Part shown: positions 1-13,659 of the stretch, piece after piece
How positions within the stretch are numbered: the stretch's first letter is position 1
How the letters are laid out: the number at the start of each line of letters is the position of its first letter
NCBI GenBank assembly: GCA_951406725.2
Contig: OX597826.1
Location: 59,830,001 to 59,894,000, forward strand
Direction: 5' to 3'
From: Octopus vulgaris
Taxonomy: Eukaryota
Length of the DNA: 64,000 bases
The notes under the pieces: model-generated
Databases searched by the model: none
Told to the model about the DNA's origin: nothing
Seen by the model: only the letters and a program-made list of their open reading frames with translations
Made by a program: the position numbers and the translations under genes

Positions 1-574
1 TGAACACATTGCCAAAATATTTTCCGCTGATCCAGGAAGTGGAGCCTCATATGAGTGATGTGGTGGGCTCTATGCACAAGAATGACATTGAGAGGAAGGC
101 CCTGAAACGACTCGCCTTTTCTCGTGGTGACGTCAAGTGCTTGCTAGCATCCGGTACACGGAGCCTTCAAGTGGTAGCACTTGATACTGAGGTCTTAGTG
201 GCTTCTGCTTCCTGGATGTCTTGACTTTAATCAAAGACTTACATGGTGACTGTTAGAATATGCACTAATGATAAAACTACGTACAATAATTGAGGTATTC
301 CCCTAAAATTTCACGCAGGTGCATATAAGCATGGCCAGAGTACCATTATTGAAACATTTCAAACATGTAAGGTAAAGGATACATCGAAGGAGAAATGGAT
401 GATACTCTGTTGTTACCGCAGAAGAAGGATGAAGTATCTCACGACATAAGCACAAAACCAAGTGAGGCGACTTATGAATAATGCACATCATATCTACTAT
501 TTTTACTCGACACAGGCTAGGCTTTGCTGACACGAACTAATGTGCTGCGTGGCAGAAAATACCAGATATTTTAT

Positions 575-627
<53 letters not shown>

Positions 628-656
628 CATACATGCATACATACATGCATACATAC

Positions 657-706
<50 letters not shown>

Positions 707-924
707 TCATAAATGAGGGTAAAAAATTAGATATTAATTTAATAATGCCATCAGTTTAACACCAATTGTTCAGCATTAATTTATCTTTTCGTTGTATTTC
801 GCTTTCCATACGTTGGAGGTAATGTTATTTCTTTTGTGGAAACAACTTCGGTGGCTATACCAGAATAAGGAGCTATTTCTTGTACTAGAGTTAACCACTT
901 AACGGTAACTCTCTTATATTTACG

Positions 925-965
<41 letters not shown>

Positions 966-974
966 ATGTATAGT

Positions 975-1319
975 ACTCTTTTACTATTTTACCTGTTTCA
1001 GTCATTTCACTGTGGCCATGTTGGAGCACCGCTTTTAGTATGCTTTGTAAGCCTAGTACTTATTCTATCGGTCTCTTTTGCTGACGTAAACACACCAGCA
1101 TCAGTTGTCGGGTGATGTTGGGGGGAGGGGACAAACAGAGACACACAAACATATACACACACATACACGTATATAGATATATATATACGACGGACTTCTT
1201 CTACTTTCCGTCTACTAAATCCACTCAGAAGGCTTCGGTCGGCCCGAGGCTATATTAGAAGTCTGAACCCCGAATCATGTGGTTGGTAAGCAAGCTACTT
1301 ACCACACATCCACTCCTAC

Positions 1320-1324
<5 letters not shown>
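975..1324 (-). mobile_element. tRNA-derived SINE, family B (internal TA/CA microsatellite)
   Basis: Shares head (ggagtggatgtgtggtaagtagcttgcttaccaaccacatg), middle (gtagacggaaag..gaagtccgtcgtata) and tail (gcggtgctccaacatggccacagtgaaatgactgaaacag) with copies at 41110-41559, 57327-57660 and 62600-63078. Confidence 0.85.
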
Positions 1325-1358
<34 letters not shown>

Positions 1359-1362
<4 letters not shown>

Positions 1363-1656
1363 AGGAAATTGGGGATCTACAAACGCTAATCAGATGCAGA
1401 ATTTACTAGGACGGCGTTGTGCAACGTATCATTGTTGTGGCTGCTAGCAGAAATGAGACTAGTGTATAGCTACTTCGATAACAGCAACGTAAATGTTCAT
1501 TGGCGTGTTTAGAGCTGAATAAATTCGTGAGTGATGAGAAAGAAAGAAACGGAAGGGATTAGGATGTCAAAGATTTTGTGGTGAAATAAACGACCATATG
1601 GATTACACTGGGGAACAGGGATTTTGTGGTCTGACGTTGGATACATATTTCCTACT
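1359..1656. mobile_element. possible degenerate solo LTR
   Basis: About 300 bp next to a (TA)n tract, with short terminal inverted motifs (taaggaaat ... atttcctac) and internal AATAAA signals; TG..CA termini are imperfect. Confidence 0.3.
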
Positions 1657-1784
1657 GACTGTGTGGCGCTGCTTTCAAAAATGAAATCAATTTTGCTGTA
1701 TCACGTCACGATTTTTCACAAACTCAGATGTCCATTTTCAAACATTTTTGATATTGTCAGCATTTATAAGGATAGATTTGGCTT

Positions 1785-1938
1785 CATCAAATGCTGAGCC
1801 ATCTAGGGAGCTTGATATAATTTTGAAAATATAGATTTTCAATGTCATTTGAAGTAAATACATCAAATGCGGAGCCATCTATGGAGCTTGATATAATTTT
1901 GAAAATATAGATTTTCAATGTCATTTGAAGTAAATACA
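1785..1938. repeat. 76-bp tandem duplication (2 copies)
   Basis: catcaaatgc(t/g)gagccatcta(g/t)ggagcttgatataattttgaaaatatagattttcaatgtcatttgaagtaaata at 1785-1860 and 1861-1936. Confidence 0.95.
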
Positions 1939-2429
1939 ACTACGAAAGGGAAAACAAACGTCATGATTTAAATAAAAAAGTATCAAGCTTGAGCCACTTA
2001 CACTATTATCATCCTATCCACTTTCAAACGACATGATGATGACAGAAATGTCTTTTCTAAAATACGACGTTAAGAAACAATATACTTTTGTGGTCCTTGA
2101 CACCATACATGTCTCATATTTGCAGAATTTCTCTGCAGATATGCCCACACTCGGCTTAATTTAGTGTGGCTGTCATTGCAAAACTAAATGAGACACATTT
2201 TGTTGAACTTCTAACTCTTTCTCATACAAATTGGCATTTTGAACGTGCCCTTAATATTTTATTTGTGAGGTCGCAGGAGTCATGTAAAATAACTGTAAAA
2301 TAACTTCATGGTATGCGCTATATGGAACTTTGCCATCATAAATCTGTATTTGCTAACTTTATAACCATTGACTATTCTGAACATACATTTCCCAGGTGAC
2401 AATTGACTTGAATATGTTTTGTATTTCAG

Positions 2430-3410
2430 AAATATGGACGGTTGTGAGTGAAGATAATGTAAAATCAGCCCCGATGTCTTCTGCTTATCTCTGGATCAGG
2501 CAGTGAAACAAAATCACAGATTTTGTGAAGAAGGGTTACCTTACTTTTTTACTTACTTTAGCATGAAACTAGAGACAAGACGAAACATGGACGCATCATA
2601 TAGTGTACAAAGCGTGTTGAAACACTGCGATAGTGACAGCTGCAAATGTTTTCTTGTGAGAAAATTAAGTCTTGTGTGTTTGATGGGCCACATATTACGT
2701 GGCTATTGCATGACGAGCTACTTTTGGAGACCAAATCTGGTATTGGAAAAGAAACATGGAAGGCTTTTGCTGAAGTTGTATCTCATTTCCTGGGAAACAG
2801 GAAGCCATCGAATTATGAAGATCTTGTGCAAACCTTGTTAACCAGTTTTGGAGCGCTGGGCTGCAACATAAGTGTAAACATACATTCCTTACACAGATAT
2901 CTGGATTACTTATTTGAACATGATAAGGCAATAACTGATGAGCAAGGAGAAAGATTCAACCAAGATATGGAGAACATAGAGTCTAGGTATCAAAGCATGT
3001 GGGACACCAAACTGATGATGCCTACTGCAGATCACTGCAAAGAGACTGTCATGAGGCAATTTATTCACATAAACCAACAAAGAGTAAGTTCTTTCCTTGA
3101 GTAGTTCAAACTCCAGTTTGACAGAAATATCTATTCTCAATTGCGTAGTTAAAAATTTTGTGAAATATATCTGCTAAACATTAAAACGTAGTATTTGGCC
3201 TGCGTTAGTTTTATTATTCCAGTATTTCATTTAATGGCAAAATTGACACTTTTTGATAAAAAAAAAACATGAATTCCTGTTTAACAAAAAAAAAAAAAAC
3301 TTGATCAAAATTTTCTGAGGTCATTTCTGAGCCCGGCATCATCAAAGAGAGCAAGACAACTAAAACTATTCTCTGAGGCTACCAAGTGTTAATAAAAATA
3401 TTGTGATCAG
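2430..3410 (+). mobile_element. internally deleted CMC/Chapaev3-like DNA transposon (transposase pseudogene)
   Basis: N-terminal remnant CKISPDVFC..ITDFVKKGY..YFSMKL..DETW.HHIV..CVETLR is fused to ORF 2646-3104 (EKIKSCVFDGPHI..W.AF..VV..FLGN....NYEDLV..LL..F..LGCNISVNIH.LH..LD....TDEQGERFNQDM..IESRYQ..W), motifs recalled from Chapaev3-type transposases; boundaries approximate. Confidence 0.65.
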
Positions 3411-3436
3411 CATGAGGCAGTACTCCAGAGCACACG

Positions 3437-3703
3437 TGGTTGAACACGGTCCCTATTTTCCTCATTTGGACCCATCTCACTATCATGTCTACCCCATCAT
3501 CAATAAACGCTTGGCTGTGAACTGGTGTCGCAGTGATTATGACGCCATAACTGCTGTTGATGATTTTTGGTCAACAGGATGAAAGCTTGTTCACCATTGG
3601 AATACAAACACTCTAACATTGATGAAAGAAATATGTAGACCGCAATGGAGACAATGTGGGAAAATAATTTGGTCAGCCTATGGACTTTTCAGCCGACCCT
3701 CGT
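3437..3703 (+). mobile_element. mariner transposon 3' remnant
   Basis: Degenerate PYFPHLDPSHYHVYP..KRLA..RSDYDAITAVDDF..QDESLFTIGIQTL..KKYVDRNGDNVGK* (YSPDLAPSDYHLF region to C-terminus), followed by a TIR-like end (cttttcagccgaccctcg). Confidence 0.75.
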
Positions 3704-3870
3704 GTATGTGTGTGTATTTGTGTAACAGAGAGATATATATATAGAGAGAGAGTGGGAGCGCATTCATATACATACATAGATACATAGATACATACATATT
3801 ATATATACATACATAGATACATAGATACATACATATATACATATTATATATACATACATACATACATACA

Positions 3871-3966
<96 letters not shown>

Positions 3967-3968
<2 letters not shown>

Positions 3969-4200
3969 GGAGTAAACACATAAATGTGAAACAAGGTGGA
4001 AAAAAGAGTACTCAAATACCAGGGGTAGAGTAATATGCTTTATTTAAAAGCAGCAGAAAGTCAACAAAACCTGTTATTCTGAGTTTCACGTTCCCGTTCG
4101 TCAGACAGATATAGAGATATCTATGTATCTCGACGAACGGGAACGTGAAACTCAGAGTAACAAGTTTTGTTGAATTTGTGCTGCTTTTAAATAAAGTATA
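3967..4200. mobile_element. fold-back PLE-derived mini-element in (TA)n carrying a hammerhead motif
   Basis: Inverted arms 4038-4102 and 4132-4196; flanked by (TA)n; AATAAA followed by a tactct..tatttgagtac tail on the minus strand. Confidence 0.75.
4071..4108 (-). ncRNA. type I minimal hammerhead ribozyme
   Basis: ctgt-CTGACGA-ACG(GGAA)CGT-GAAA-ctcagaa-TA-acag: 4-bp stem I, 3-bp stem II with GNRA loop; the inverted arm has ctcagag-TA, giving a paired stem III. Confidence 0.75.
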
Positions 4201-4624
4201 TATATGTATACACACACACATTTGCTCACTATCGCGCACACACATACACACACACATATATATAATTCGCTTGGGCAAGCGATATTAATGGTTTTAGAAA
4301 TTAATATACATATGATTTAGAAAAAAAGCATTAGTCCAGTACAGATAGTAATAAAAGATTATGCAAACCACTAGGGACCAAGAATATATTTAATACACTT
4401 AATTACATAATTTCTTGTCCCCCTCTCATTTATATGATATCGTGTGTGTTTGTGTGTGTGTGTGCATGCGCACGCACGCATGTGTCCCGGCGCGTGCACG
4501 TGAACATGTGTGCTCTCCGTCATTTTCACAGAGAAGGACTTAGTTTTTCGCTAAAATTTTCAAGCCTTAACAAACGGACGTAGCTACAATGTACCTTCCT
4601 ATATATATATATATATATATATAC

Positions 4625-5100
4625 ACGAGCTGTATTTGACCATATCAACATTCTGGCCACTCGCATAACTATCTTGATGTCGAACCGTTGTATGATTGTT
4701 CTATTTATTTCGAGAAGTAATTGAAAGTGCTGCCGCGGTAAGAGCAGAAACTACTACTGACATGCCGCAGACTTAAAAGAATTACATTTAGTTACACGTA
4801 TTTCGAGAAATGTTTAACTTTCATTTCGTACAGTGCTTTCCTCTGAAGGATTTGTAACGTCTGAGCTGGTTCTCTTAGCTGGGAACCGATGTTGCAGAGA
4901 CTATGACCTCATAACTGCTGTTGATGACTATTTTCATCAACGGGATGAACACTTCTTCAGCAAACGGTTCCAAGTACTGCAACGCCTTTGGAAGAAGTGT
5001 ATGGTCCGCAAGTGATGCATCTGGAAAAACAAACTTCATCTTGTTAAAATTTCATAAGGGTAACTTGGTCGACTTAGGAACTCTTTCATGTAACCCTGTA
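4625..5100 (+). mobile_element. internally deleted mariner derivative (same family as 3437-3703)
   Basis: LAGNRCCRDYDLITAVDDYFHQRDEHFFSKRFQVLQRLWKKCMVRK matches a mariner C-terminus; ends in a TIR-like accctg followed by TA. Confidence 0.7.
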
Positions 5101-5763
5101 TTACATATATTCAACAAACTTCTGTGTAGATAGCTCTAAGAGCTTGGATGGAGCAAAACACTATACTATGATTGAGTTGTGAAAGTTTCAACCATCTAAC
5201 TACAAAAAGTACCTCTATCTGTGTGTGTGTGTGTGTGTGTGTGTCGATACACATTAATATTTATATAGATATATATTTGTCTCCTTGAAATAAATAATAT
5301 ACCACGTATAAGTACCATGGATAACAATACATATATATTTTCTTATTAATTTATTTACGTCCACATTTGTTCTGGTATTATTTCCCTCATGTGTATTATT
5401 TTAAAAAGTTTCCGTCTGTATTTTCCGTCTGTCCTCGGATAATAGGATATCAATATAGTTTATTACAAATAAACGATGGTATTAAATTGAATTTTAAAAA
5501 CACTTCAAGTAACGGCAACTATGTAATATACTGACGAACTGATAAGAAATCAAATGGAAAAGTAACATTATGCATCATTTTCTCTCTCTCTCTCTCGCTC
5601 TTTATCTTTCTATCTCTCGCTCTTTCTCTTTCTCTATCGCTCTTTCTTTCTCTTTCTATCAAGAACACACGCACACACACACGTTAATGTTATATATTTT
5701 GCATAAACATCGTGAAGATATTTTCATTATACATACATACATACATACCTATATACATACATG

Positions 5764-5805
<42 letters not shown>

Positions 5806-5897
5806 AATACATGTATATACGCAAATACATATATACATACATATATATATGTATATATGTATATATATATATTTTTATTTATATATATATATATTTT

Positions 5898-5960
<63 letters not shown>

Positions 5961-6456
5961 ATACATCCCTTTATCTTTCTATGGGTTTCAGCCCGAGTTC
6001 CGTGGTCGTACTGCGGCATTAGTGAAAGTATTTTCGCAATGATAATTTGACGTATGAAGCAGATATATATATATATATATATTTGCTTTATCTATCTATC
6101 TAGCTAGCTAGCTATCATTCTATCTGTCTGTGTACTAAGGAGTTAGTACACATTGACATTCACACATAAAGACACACACACATATATATATATAATGTGT
6201 GTGTGTGTATCCTATATACGCTATTGAAGCACTAAATTAACATACACATCAATGCTTCAGATTTTAATGTATACAACTTAATATACAAATATACAAATGC
6301 CGTCTTTCCGTCCCGAGTTCAATTTCTGCGTATTTATATAAATATATATGTACATATATTGATATTTATCCCTCTATCTCTTTCTTTGTCTAATTGCACG
6401 CACGCACACACACACACACACACACATACACACACATACATACACACGCATACGTA

Positions 6457-6489
<33 letters not shown>

Positions 6490-6760
6490 CACATAAATAT
6501 ATCTATGTATATGTAAGTATGTATATATATATATATGATATGATATGATATGATATGATATGATATTGAAAAATATTGAAACTATTTCGTGCTTAAATAG
6601 TTTTAAAACCAAACATCTTAGAATATCATAACAGATCACTCGAGTATCATGAAACAAATGCATGCTTTGAACAATAAGATCAAGGAATATAATGACGATT
6701 GATGAAAGACGCTCTCTCCTCCTCCCCCTCTGTCTCCCCCTGTATGCATTTACATACTAC

Positions 6761-6848
<88 letters not shown>

Positions 6849-6959
6849 GTATATGTATGTATATGTATATATATATTATCCTCAGTACTTCGTATTTCAG
6901 AAAAGGAAGCAGACTCGAAAGCATTAGAATTGCACTATATTATTTAGATAGTTAAATGG

Positions 6960-7530
6960 TATAGCCCATCATAGAGTGACCATCAGTTTCGCACCGATAA
7001 GCGCTCAACAGTTTAACCGACCCCCCTATAATGGAGTCGCCTGTACTGCTTAGGCACTTTATAGGTGCAAATCAAATGGTGCGGATCGCCCCGACAACTT
7101 CTTGTGGCCGGGTGGGAAACGCAGTTTTCCTCTGTCCGGTCGCTCTAACGAAAGAGGTAGTATGGTGGGCGAGACCGAAGGACTGAAGACCCACGGTTTC
7201 TCCTTCAGCCGAGTTCTCATCGATTTTTTCAACTTCCACTTGAAAGGGAAGTGAAAGTAGAGCGAGAAGTACTGTCCCACAGTAATTTTGTTGACATGTG
7301 TGTGAATGGCTCATGTGAATGGGCCTACTCTGAATATTCGTCTATAAGCTGGAGCATTTGACATGCCCTAGGCAGTCGGGGTAACCAAGATGTGTTGGAT
7401 GCCCAGGATGGAACCCCTTCCTATTGGGGTATTCTGTTGTTTAAGTTTTTGGCTAAATACTTTTGTTGTTATTGTTTACACGTTTTTATGTTTTAAATCC
7501 CACTGAAACTCCTGTTATGTAAGAAAATGT
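6960..7530 (+). mobile_element. L1/Tx1-like LINE 3' end fragment
   Basis: Frameshifted AVFLCPVALTKEVVWWAR..GLKT..VLIDFFNFHLKGK.KVEREVLS resembles a Tx1-like ORF2 C-terminus, followed by a T-rich 3' UTR. Confidence 0.55.
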
Positions 7531-9322
7531 ACAGAATAGTTTGAAGCAACATCAATAAGAAACATAGCGAAAACAGGCTGCAGCGCTGATGTCCTCAGGA
7601 GAGCATCGGATTGTATTGTAGTTTCGGAAATGAAGATATAAATGAGTTGGTCCTCAACTCTAAGAGCAGTCAGAGTGGGGATCATCCTTGTATTTGACCA
7701 AAAAGACAAGGCATAGAATTTTATGAACTAGCAAGTTATTAACCTTTGCGATACTAATGATATTACTAGAGAAGGTGTATAATGCCGAGGAAACTTGAAA
7801 CTAACTAAAAAAAAGGAAAAGAACCAGGAAAAAAGAACCTGTCTAAGTAGAAGACGAGTCGAAGAAATGTAGATTGGATGGACCATAGTGAAAAAAATCT
7901 AATGAGGTTCTGATAGGCATTAAACAAAAGGCGAGCAAAGCTGCTGGTTTACATAAAACTTAGTGTACGTAACAAATAGTGGACGACTAAATATATATTG
8001 AAAACCGTATCAGTAGTGAATTAATTTCTGAAAATTTCAGAAAAAGGCATATGGAGTAGCATGATGTGTACACGAAAGTAGAAACTGGTTAAATTTGATG
8101 GCAGTTCAGATCTGAATATGATGTCGTTCTATTCATTATGAACTGTGTGCAACGAATTTCACACGCAAACTGCTCACAAAATTGTTATGTGCGCAGAAAA
8201 TGTTTGTCGTTTGAAATAACGTAGCAAAAAGTATTTCAGTGTATGAATACTTTTGTTAATGTTAAGAGGTGTCACTGCATAACATTTCGCATTTATTGAC
8301 TCTTACGTTTTCTCTTTAAATTATAAATTTTCTCTTTTCTCTTTAAATTAAACCTCATCTTCTTTGTGATTATATCTGTTTGGTATTTAGTTTTCTAATC
8401 ATGTAATTGCTTGGTGTAAATTTAAAATAGTTAATATTGATGGTGTAACATCATTGCCCTTCCCCCCATTTTCATATCACGCTCTGCTTATATCCCATTT
8501 CTAGTAGGCCTACTGAATATATGAACGTGTCCTTTGGCAAAACAAATGAAATTAGAAACTGGTGCGCTATCTTGAAATAACGTTAGACCTCAGCAAATTC
8601 ACAGCTAATTTCTTTCCTAATTAGATGTGTTTCCACTCTCGATTACTTTCATTACTTGGCCCATCAATTTGCATGTTTCCTTTATCCCTGGAGCAGTAAA
8701 TGCTAATAAGGTTGTTGCATTCATTGGAGTTTAACTGTGATAGTGACTACCCACGTATTCCACACTGGCAAACATTTTCTGCATCTTAACAGTTACCTTT
8801 CTTTGTCTGGCCACTTTCCTAGCCATCATATATTTCATATATGTAGAGTGCGCATCTGATAATTGCAAAAGCTGGGTCCGCCACTGAGTTTCCATGGAGT
8901 GTGTCTTTAACTTACGCATATTTCATTCAAGTAAAGTCAATAAAATGAGCAACAGACAGAAAACTGAGATTTAAGAATTGATAAAAAAACTATTAACAAA
9001 GTTGCCACAAACCTAAAACCTAATTCACAGGCTTGTGCAAAATAAAACTAGTATATAGGAATTCAAGAACCAGGCGTTGATGCTAAATCGTACACGATTT
9101 ACGTCAATTACTCCAGAATAGTCATCGATCCGCTGAATGGTATCGACGTGTGGTTTTGATAGACTTAATATTCTACTAGAAGATATTCGCCCGTGGTGTT
9201 TCAATGTAAAGTCTAAAAATGTTAATTGTATACCAATCTAGTGATTGATTTACTGAATAAGCGATCCAATATTTGAGTGAAAGATTGATTAGTTCAGTGG
9301 CTCGTGGTTGGTGTTAGTGATT

Positions 9323-9385
<63 letters not shown>

Positions 9386-9848
9386 CTCAACATCACGACC
9401 AAAAAAGAAATGAAAAAAAGAAAAATATCACGAACACAAATAACAAAGACAACAACACTAATAGATTTGTCTGACGTATTTTTCTGAGAAATGAAAGAGG
9501 GTGAGCGCGGAAAAGAAAGGTGAACGTTCGATTGCCATCGCGTATAGCTGTCCTGGAAAATTACTGGGTGCAGTAGGATGTACATCACACACACAAACAC
9601 ACACAGGTACACACAAACACACAGAGAGGCACACACACAGAGAGGCACACAAACATACATACACACAAACACGCACAAATGTATGTATATATACGTATAT
9701 GTGTGTTGTAATATGTGAGATAAAATGTGCGTATATATATATATTAAATACACGCACATATATAGATACACACACATACATATATACATATATATATAAG
9801 TATATATATGTATATATATATATATATATATTTATATATGTATATATA

Positions 9849-9906
<58 letters not shown>

Positions 9907-9908
<2 letters not shown>

Positions 9909-10494
9909 CGTTTATTTATTTGTTTTGCAAGATTTTTTATGTGAAATCTTGTGTTGAAACAGATATTGTTGTATTTAGGAATGGTCATTTTGCCGGTTTA
10001 GCCAATAAAAATACACGCACTATATATTTGGTTTACTTTGCTTCAGCGTTATTTATTTTTTACATTAATCTTAATCTTATTTCGGCCAGAGTTCTTTCGT
10101 CACGCCTCTGTGACCTCATCAGTGGTCCTTTGCGTTCTACTTTTTTATTTGTGTGTCTCTCCTTACTAACGGTCAGCCATTTTGTATTTTGTATTCCTAT
10201 TGTATGTGTCTCATCATTTGCGCATGCGTATACCTCTATGTGTGTCTATATTTAGTTAATGTGTGTGTGGGGAAGTCCCTGTAATATTTCTATCTCCTGT
10301 TTATATACGTTCGTTTACTTTGTTTTTGTTTTTGTTGATTTTTATTTTGTTCATGTGTTTACACCTACTTATTATTAATGGCCGAAATAGGATTAAGATT
10401 AATGTAAAAAAAAATAACGCTGAAGTAAAGTAACACCAAATATATAGTGCGTGTGTTTTTATTGGCTAAACTGGCAAAATGACCACTCCTAGAT

Positions 10495-10504
<10 letters not shown>
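9907..10504 (-). mobile_element. PLE pseudo-LTR element with an inverted 126-bp arm, between (TA)n tracts
   Basis: Arms 9963-10088 and 10379-10504 are inverted copies (seen also as the shared peptide NGHFAGLANKNTRTIYLV / SGHFASLANKNTRTIYLV in opposite-strand ORFs); contains an HHR. Confidence 0.75.
10084..10128 (-). ncRNA. type I minimal hammerhead ribozyme
   Basis: ggacca-CTGATGA-g-GTCAC(agaggc)GTGAC-GAAA-gaac-TC-tggcc; intact core, 5-bp stem II, short stems I and III. Confidence 0.7.
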
Positions 10505-10551
<47 letters not shown>

Positions 10552-11010
10552 CCTGCACTTATCTCAATCGGTAGACTGCGGCCAAGCTGGGGTACCACCT
10601 TGAAGGATATTTGGTAACATTGTCTCTGACCTCTATTTCTCAATCCATCTCTCTATCTCTTTAATATCTCTCTAGCTATCTATTCCAATGTTTGTCTTTC
10701 TCTCACTCTGTATATGTCTCTGTTTCTCTCCCTTTTCACACACACACACACATACACGCACAGACACAGATAGAGATAGGCAGACAGACACACACACATA
10801 CACACATCTATCTACATGCATACACATATGTGTCTACATGTATACATACACACGTGGATGCTTTAGGTTCGGTTTATATTGTAATGCATCTGTATTGTCG
10901 AAACTATTTGCGTTCTCATCTTTAATCTGAAAAATATACATACACCAAATGTCTCAGGTTCAATACTTGTGCACTTCTCAATACTGTCTGTAATAATAAC
11001 ATTAATAATC

Positions 11011-11043
<33 letters not shown>

Positions 11044-11194
11044 GTTTAAATTATAATAATAATAGTATATATAAATATATATATATACATATAAATATAT
11101 TTATATATATATTTGTATATATATATATATATCCTTATATACATACACACATACTCATATATTTATATATCTATCTATACACATACATATATAC

Positions 11195-11245
<51 letters not shown>

Positions 11246-11291
11246 TACATACATACATACGTACATACATACATACATACATACACACACA

Positions 11292-11346
<55 letters not shown>

Positions 11347-12151
11347 TCTCAATTAATATAGGGGCAGCTAAAGTGTTCTGAAAACAAGTGTATAGCAAAA
11401 ATCCAATTTCACTTTCTATCAATTTATTCTCGTTTGTCTGGACGTATTACCTTCGTACTGTCTGCACATACATGTATGTCCAGTGTTTAGGCATTATATA
11501 TTTGTTCATGTCCAGTAGTTACAACCTTTGTCCATTGAATTCTCTATTTGTGTATGTTTATATGCATTTCTATGTGCCTATGTGCGTATACATATATATA
11601 AATACAATCACGTATATACGTGTGTGTACGTGTATATAAGTATATATGCGTATATGTATATAATACACACAAACTCAGACATATGTGTGTGTGTTTATAC
11701 GCATGTGTATACATATATTTCTCGATGTGTGTCTTCGTAAATACACGTTCTTTCTGTGCTTCTATCGATCTGTTTAACTAACCGGTTTCAATTCTCTCAC
11801 ATCCTCTCTACATGCCGCAGTGTAAATGAAACTTACTCTTTCATTTATCGATCGTGTGATGTTAATGAGCCCTTTAAGAGGGTTCGTTTTCCTTAGATGT
11901 TGAACATATGCCTTTTCTACTCATCTAGTCCTCTTGTCAGCATGTTCCCATCACCGGCCCTTTTTCTCATTCTTCTATCTCTATTCCACACACACACATA
12001 CACACATTTATACTTCTATGTGTATTTCGGCAAAGTTCGCAAACAAAACCCTACTTAATCAGCCTCGGGTCATTAATTCCATTTAACAAGATTTCACAAC
12101 CAGCATGGTATCAACTTGATCGCCACAAACATCATCATAATAAATAATAAC

Positions 12152-12184
<33 letters not shown>

Positions 12185-12293
12185 TGTTGTTGTTGTAGTA
12201 ATAGTAGTAGTAGTAGTTGTTGTAGTAATAGGTAGTAGTAGTTCTAATAATAATACTAATAATAATAATAATGATAATGATAATAATAATAAT

Positions 12294-12332
<39 letters not shown>

Positions 12333-12765
12333 TTCTGTTGTAATAACAACAATAACAACAACAACAAAAATAATAATGCCGACTTCAATAACAGCAGCAG
12401 CAACAAAAATTGCCTGGAATATTGCAAATGTGGGATTAGATCGAATTTGATATTAGAGAATGTGAGGGAAAAGTCTATTGACTTTAATACAAATGTACCA
12501 GCACTTGCTGCTTTACAAACAAATATATCTCCTGCAGTCAGGTGGGGCTGAGTGGGGGGGGGGTGATCGCGCACAAGATGGACAAGAGTGAGGAATGGAT
12601 GCAGAGAAAGATGGAGACGGAGAAAAGAAAAAAAAAACGATGAAAAAGGTGGACGAGCAGGAGAAGGGGAAAAATGGAAAGGAAGGTGAGGATGTAGATG
12701 TAAGAGAGCTTATAAGGAGAAGGTAGGAGAAGGAAAAAGACGGAAAAGCAGGAAGAGACAGAAAG

Positions 12766-12975
<210 letters not shown>

Positions 12976-13659
12976 AAGAGGAAGAGAAAACGTGTTTAGA
13001 AATTAAGAGTGAAAAATGCTTCGGTATGTTGATCGTTCGGTCGGATGGTCTGTTGGATGGTAAATAAACCTGTAAAATGAAGCGTGTGATAGGAGGTCAG
13101 AGCATTCGAGGAGAGCAACGGAATGAATATGGCCGAAGGCTTAGTATTATGAGAAACAGCCAACCATATCATCACCAGCCACCGCTACTCTACAGCCAGC
13201 TCCAAGTAAATATCTCATATCAGATGATGTTCTTGTGTACTTGAAACACCGAAATTTCTTCATTTTCACCTGAAGTGTAGATTGCTACGTCATAGTAGTA
13301 GAAATGATAAAAAGGAGAGAAGAGAGGAGGGGGAAAAGGGGAGAGGAGAGAGGTGTGAGGAAAGGCAGAGAAATGTAGCATCGTTGACTGGTAGTGTTCA
13401 AGGGCTTCTCTGCTGGAATAATATATCCTATATTGGTTTGTCAGTTGAGTTATACAGAATACTGTTGTTCTTGACGATAATGATGATAGTGGTGTGGTGG
13501 TGGGAAGTGGGGGAAACGAGGATGATGATGACGGTAATGTGTGTTGCTACTATCATCATTAACGATATCACTATCACCGTAACGATGATGATGATGATAG
13601 TTGTCTGAAAGCTGGTATTGTCTGAAGTAGAGACGATATAATACTGGTACTTTTAAGCA

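Noticed and set aside
9-224. 71-aa ORF at the window start, and similar short non-repetitive ORFs (8731-8919, 54063-54314)
   Set aside because: No recognisable domain or splice context.
720-925. Unique insert between (TA)n tracts resembling PLE tails
   Set aside because: No complete hammerhead core and no second copy in the window.
2935-2960. CTGATGA-gcaagga-GAAA hammerhead-like core
   Set aside because: No stem II or stem I pairing; it is the TDEQGER codons of the transposase.
4920-4965. CTGAAGA..GAAA..GTC on the minus strand
   Set aside because: Lies in mariner coding sequence and lacks stems I and II in register.
5390-5455. CCGAGGA..GAAA with tattat/ataata flanks (minus strand)
   Set aside because: No stem II and no NUH triplet; possibly a decayed pseudo-LTR, but unsupported as a ribozyme.
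7530-7960. Possible piggyBac-like remnant (VDWMDH)
   Set aside because: Only one short motif, with no TTAA-bounded TIRs identified.
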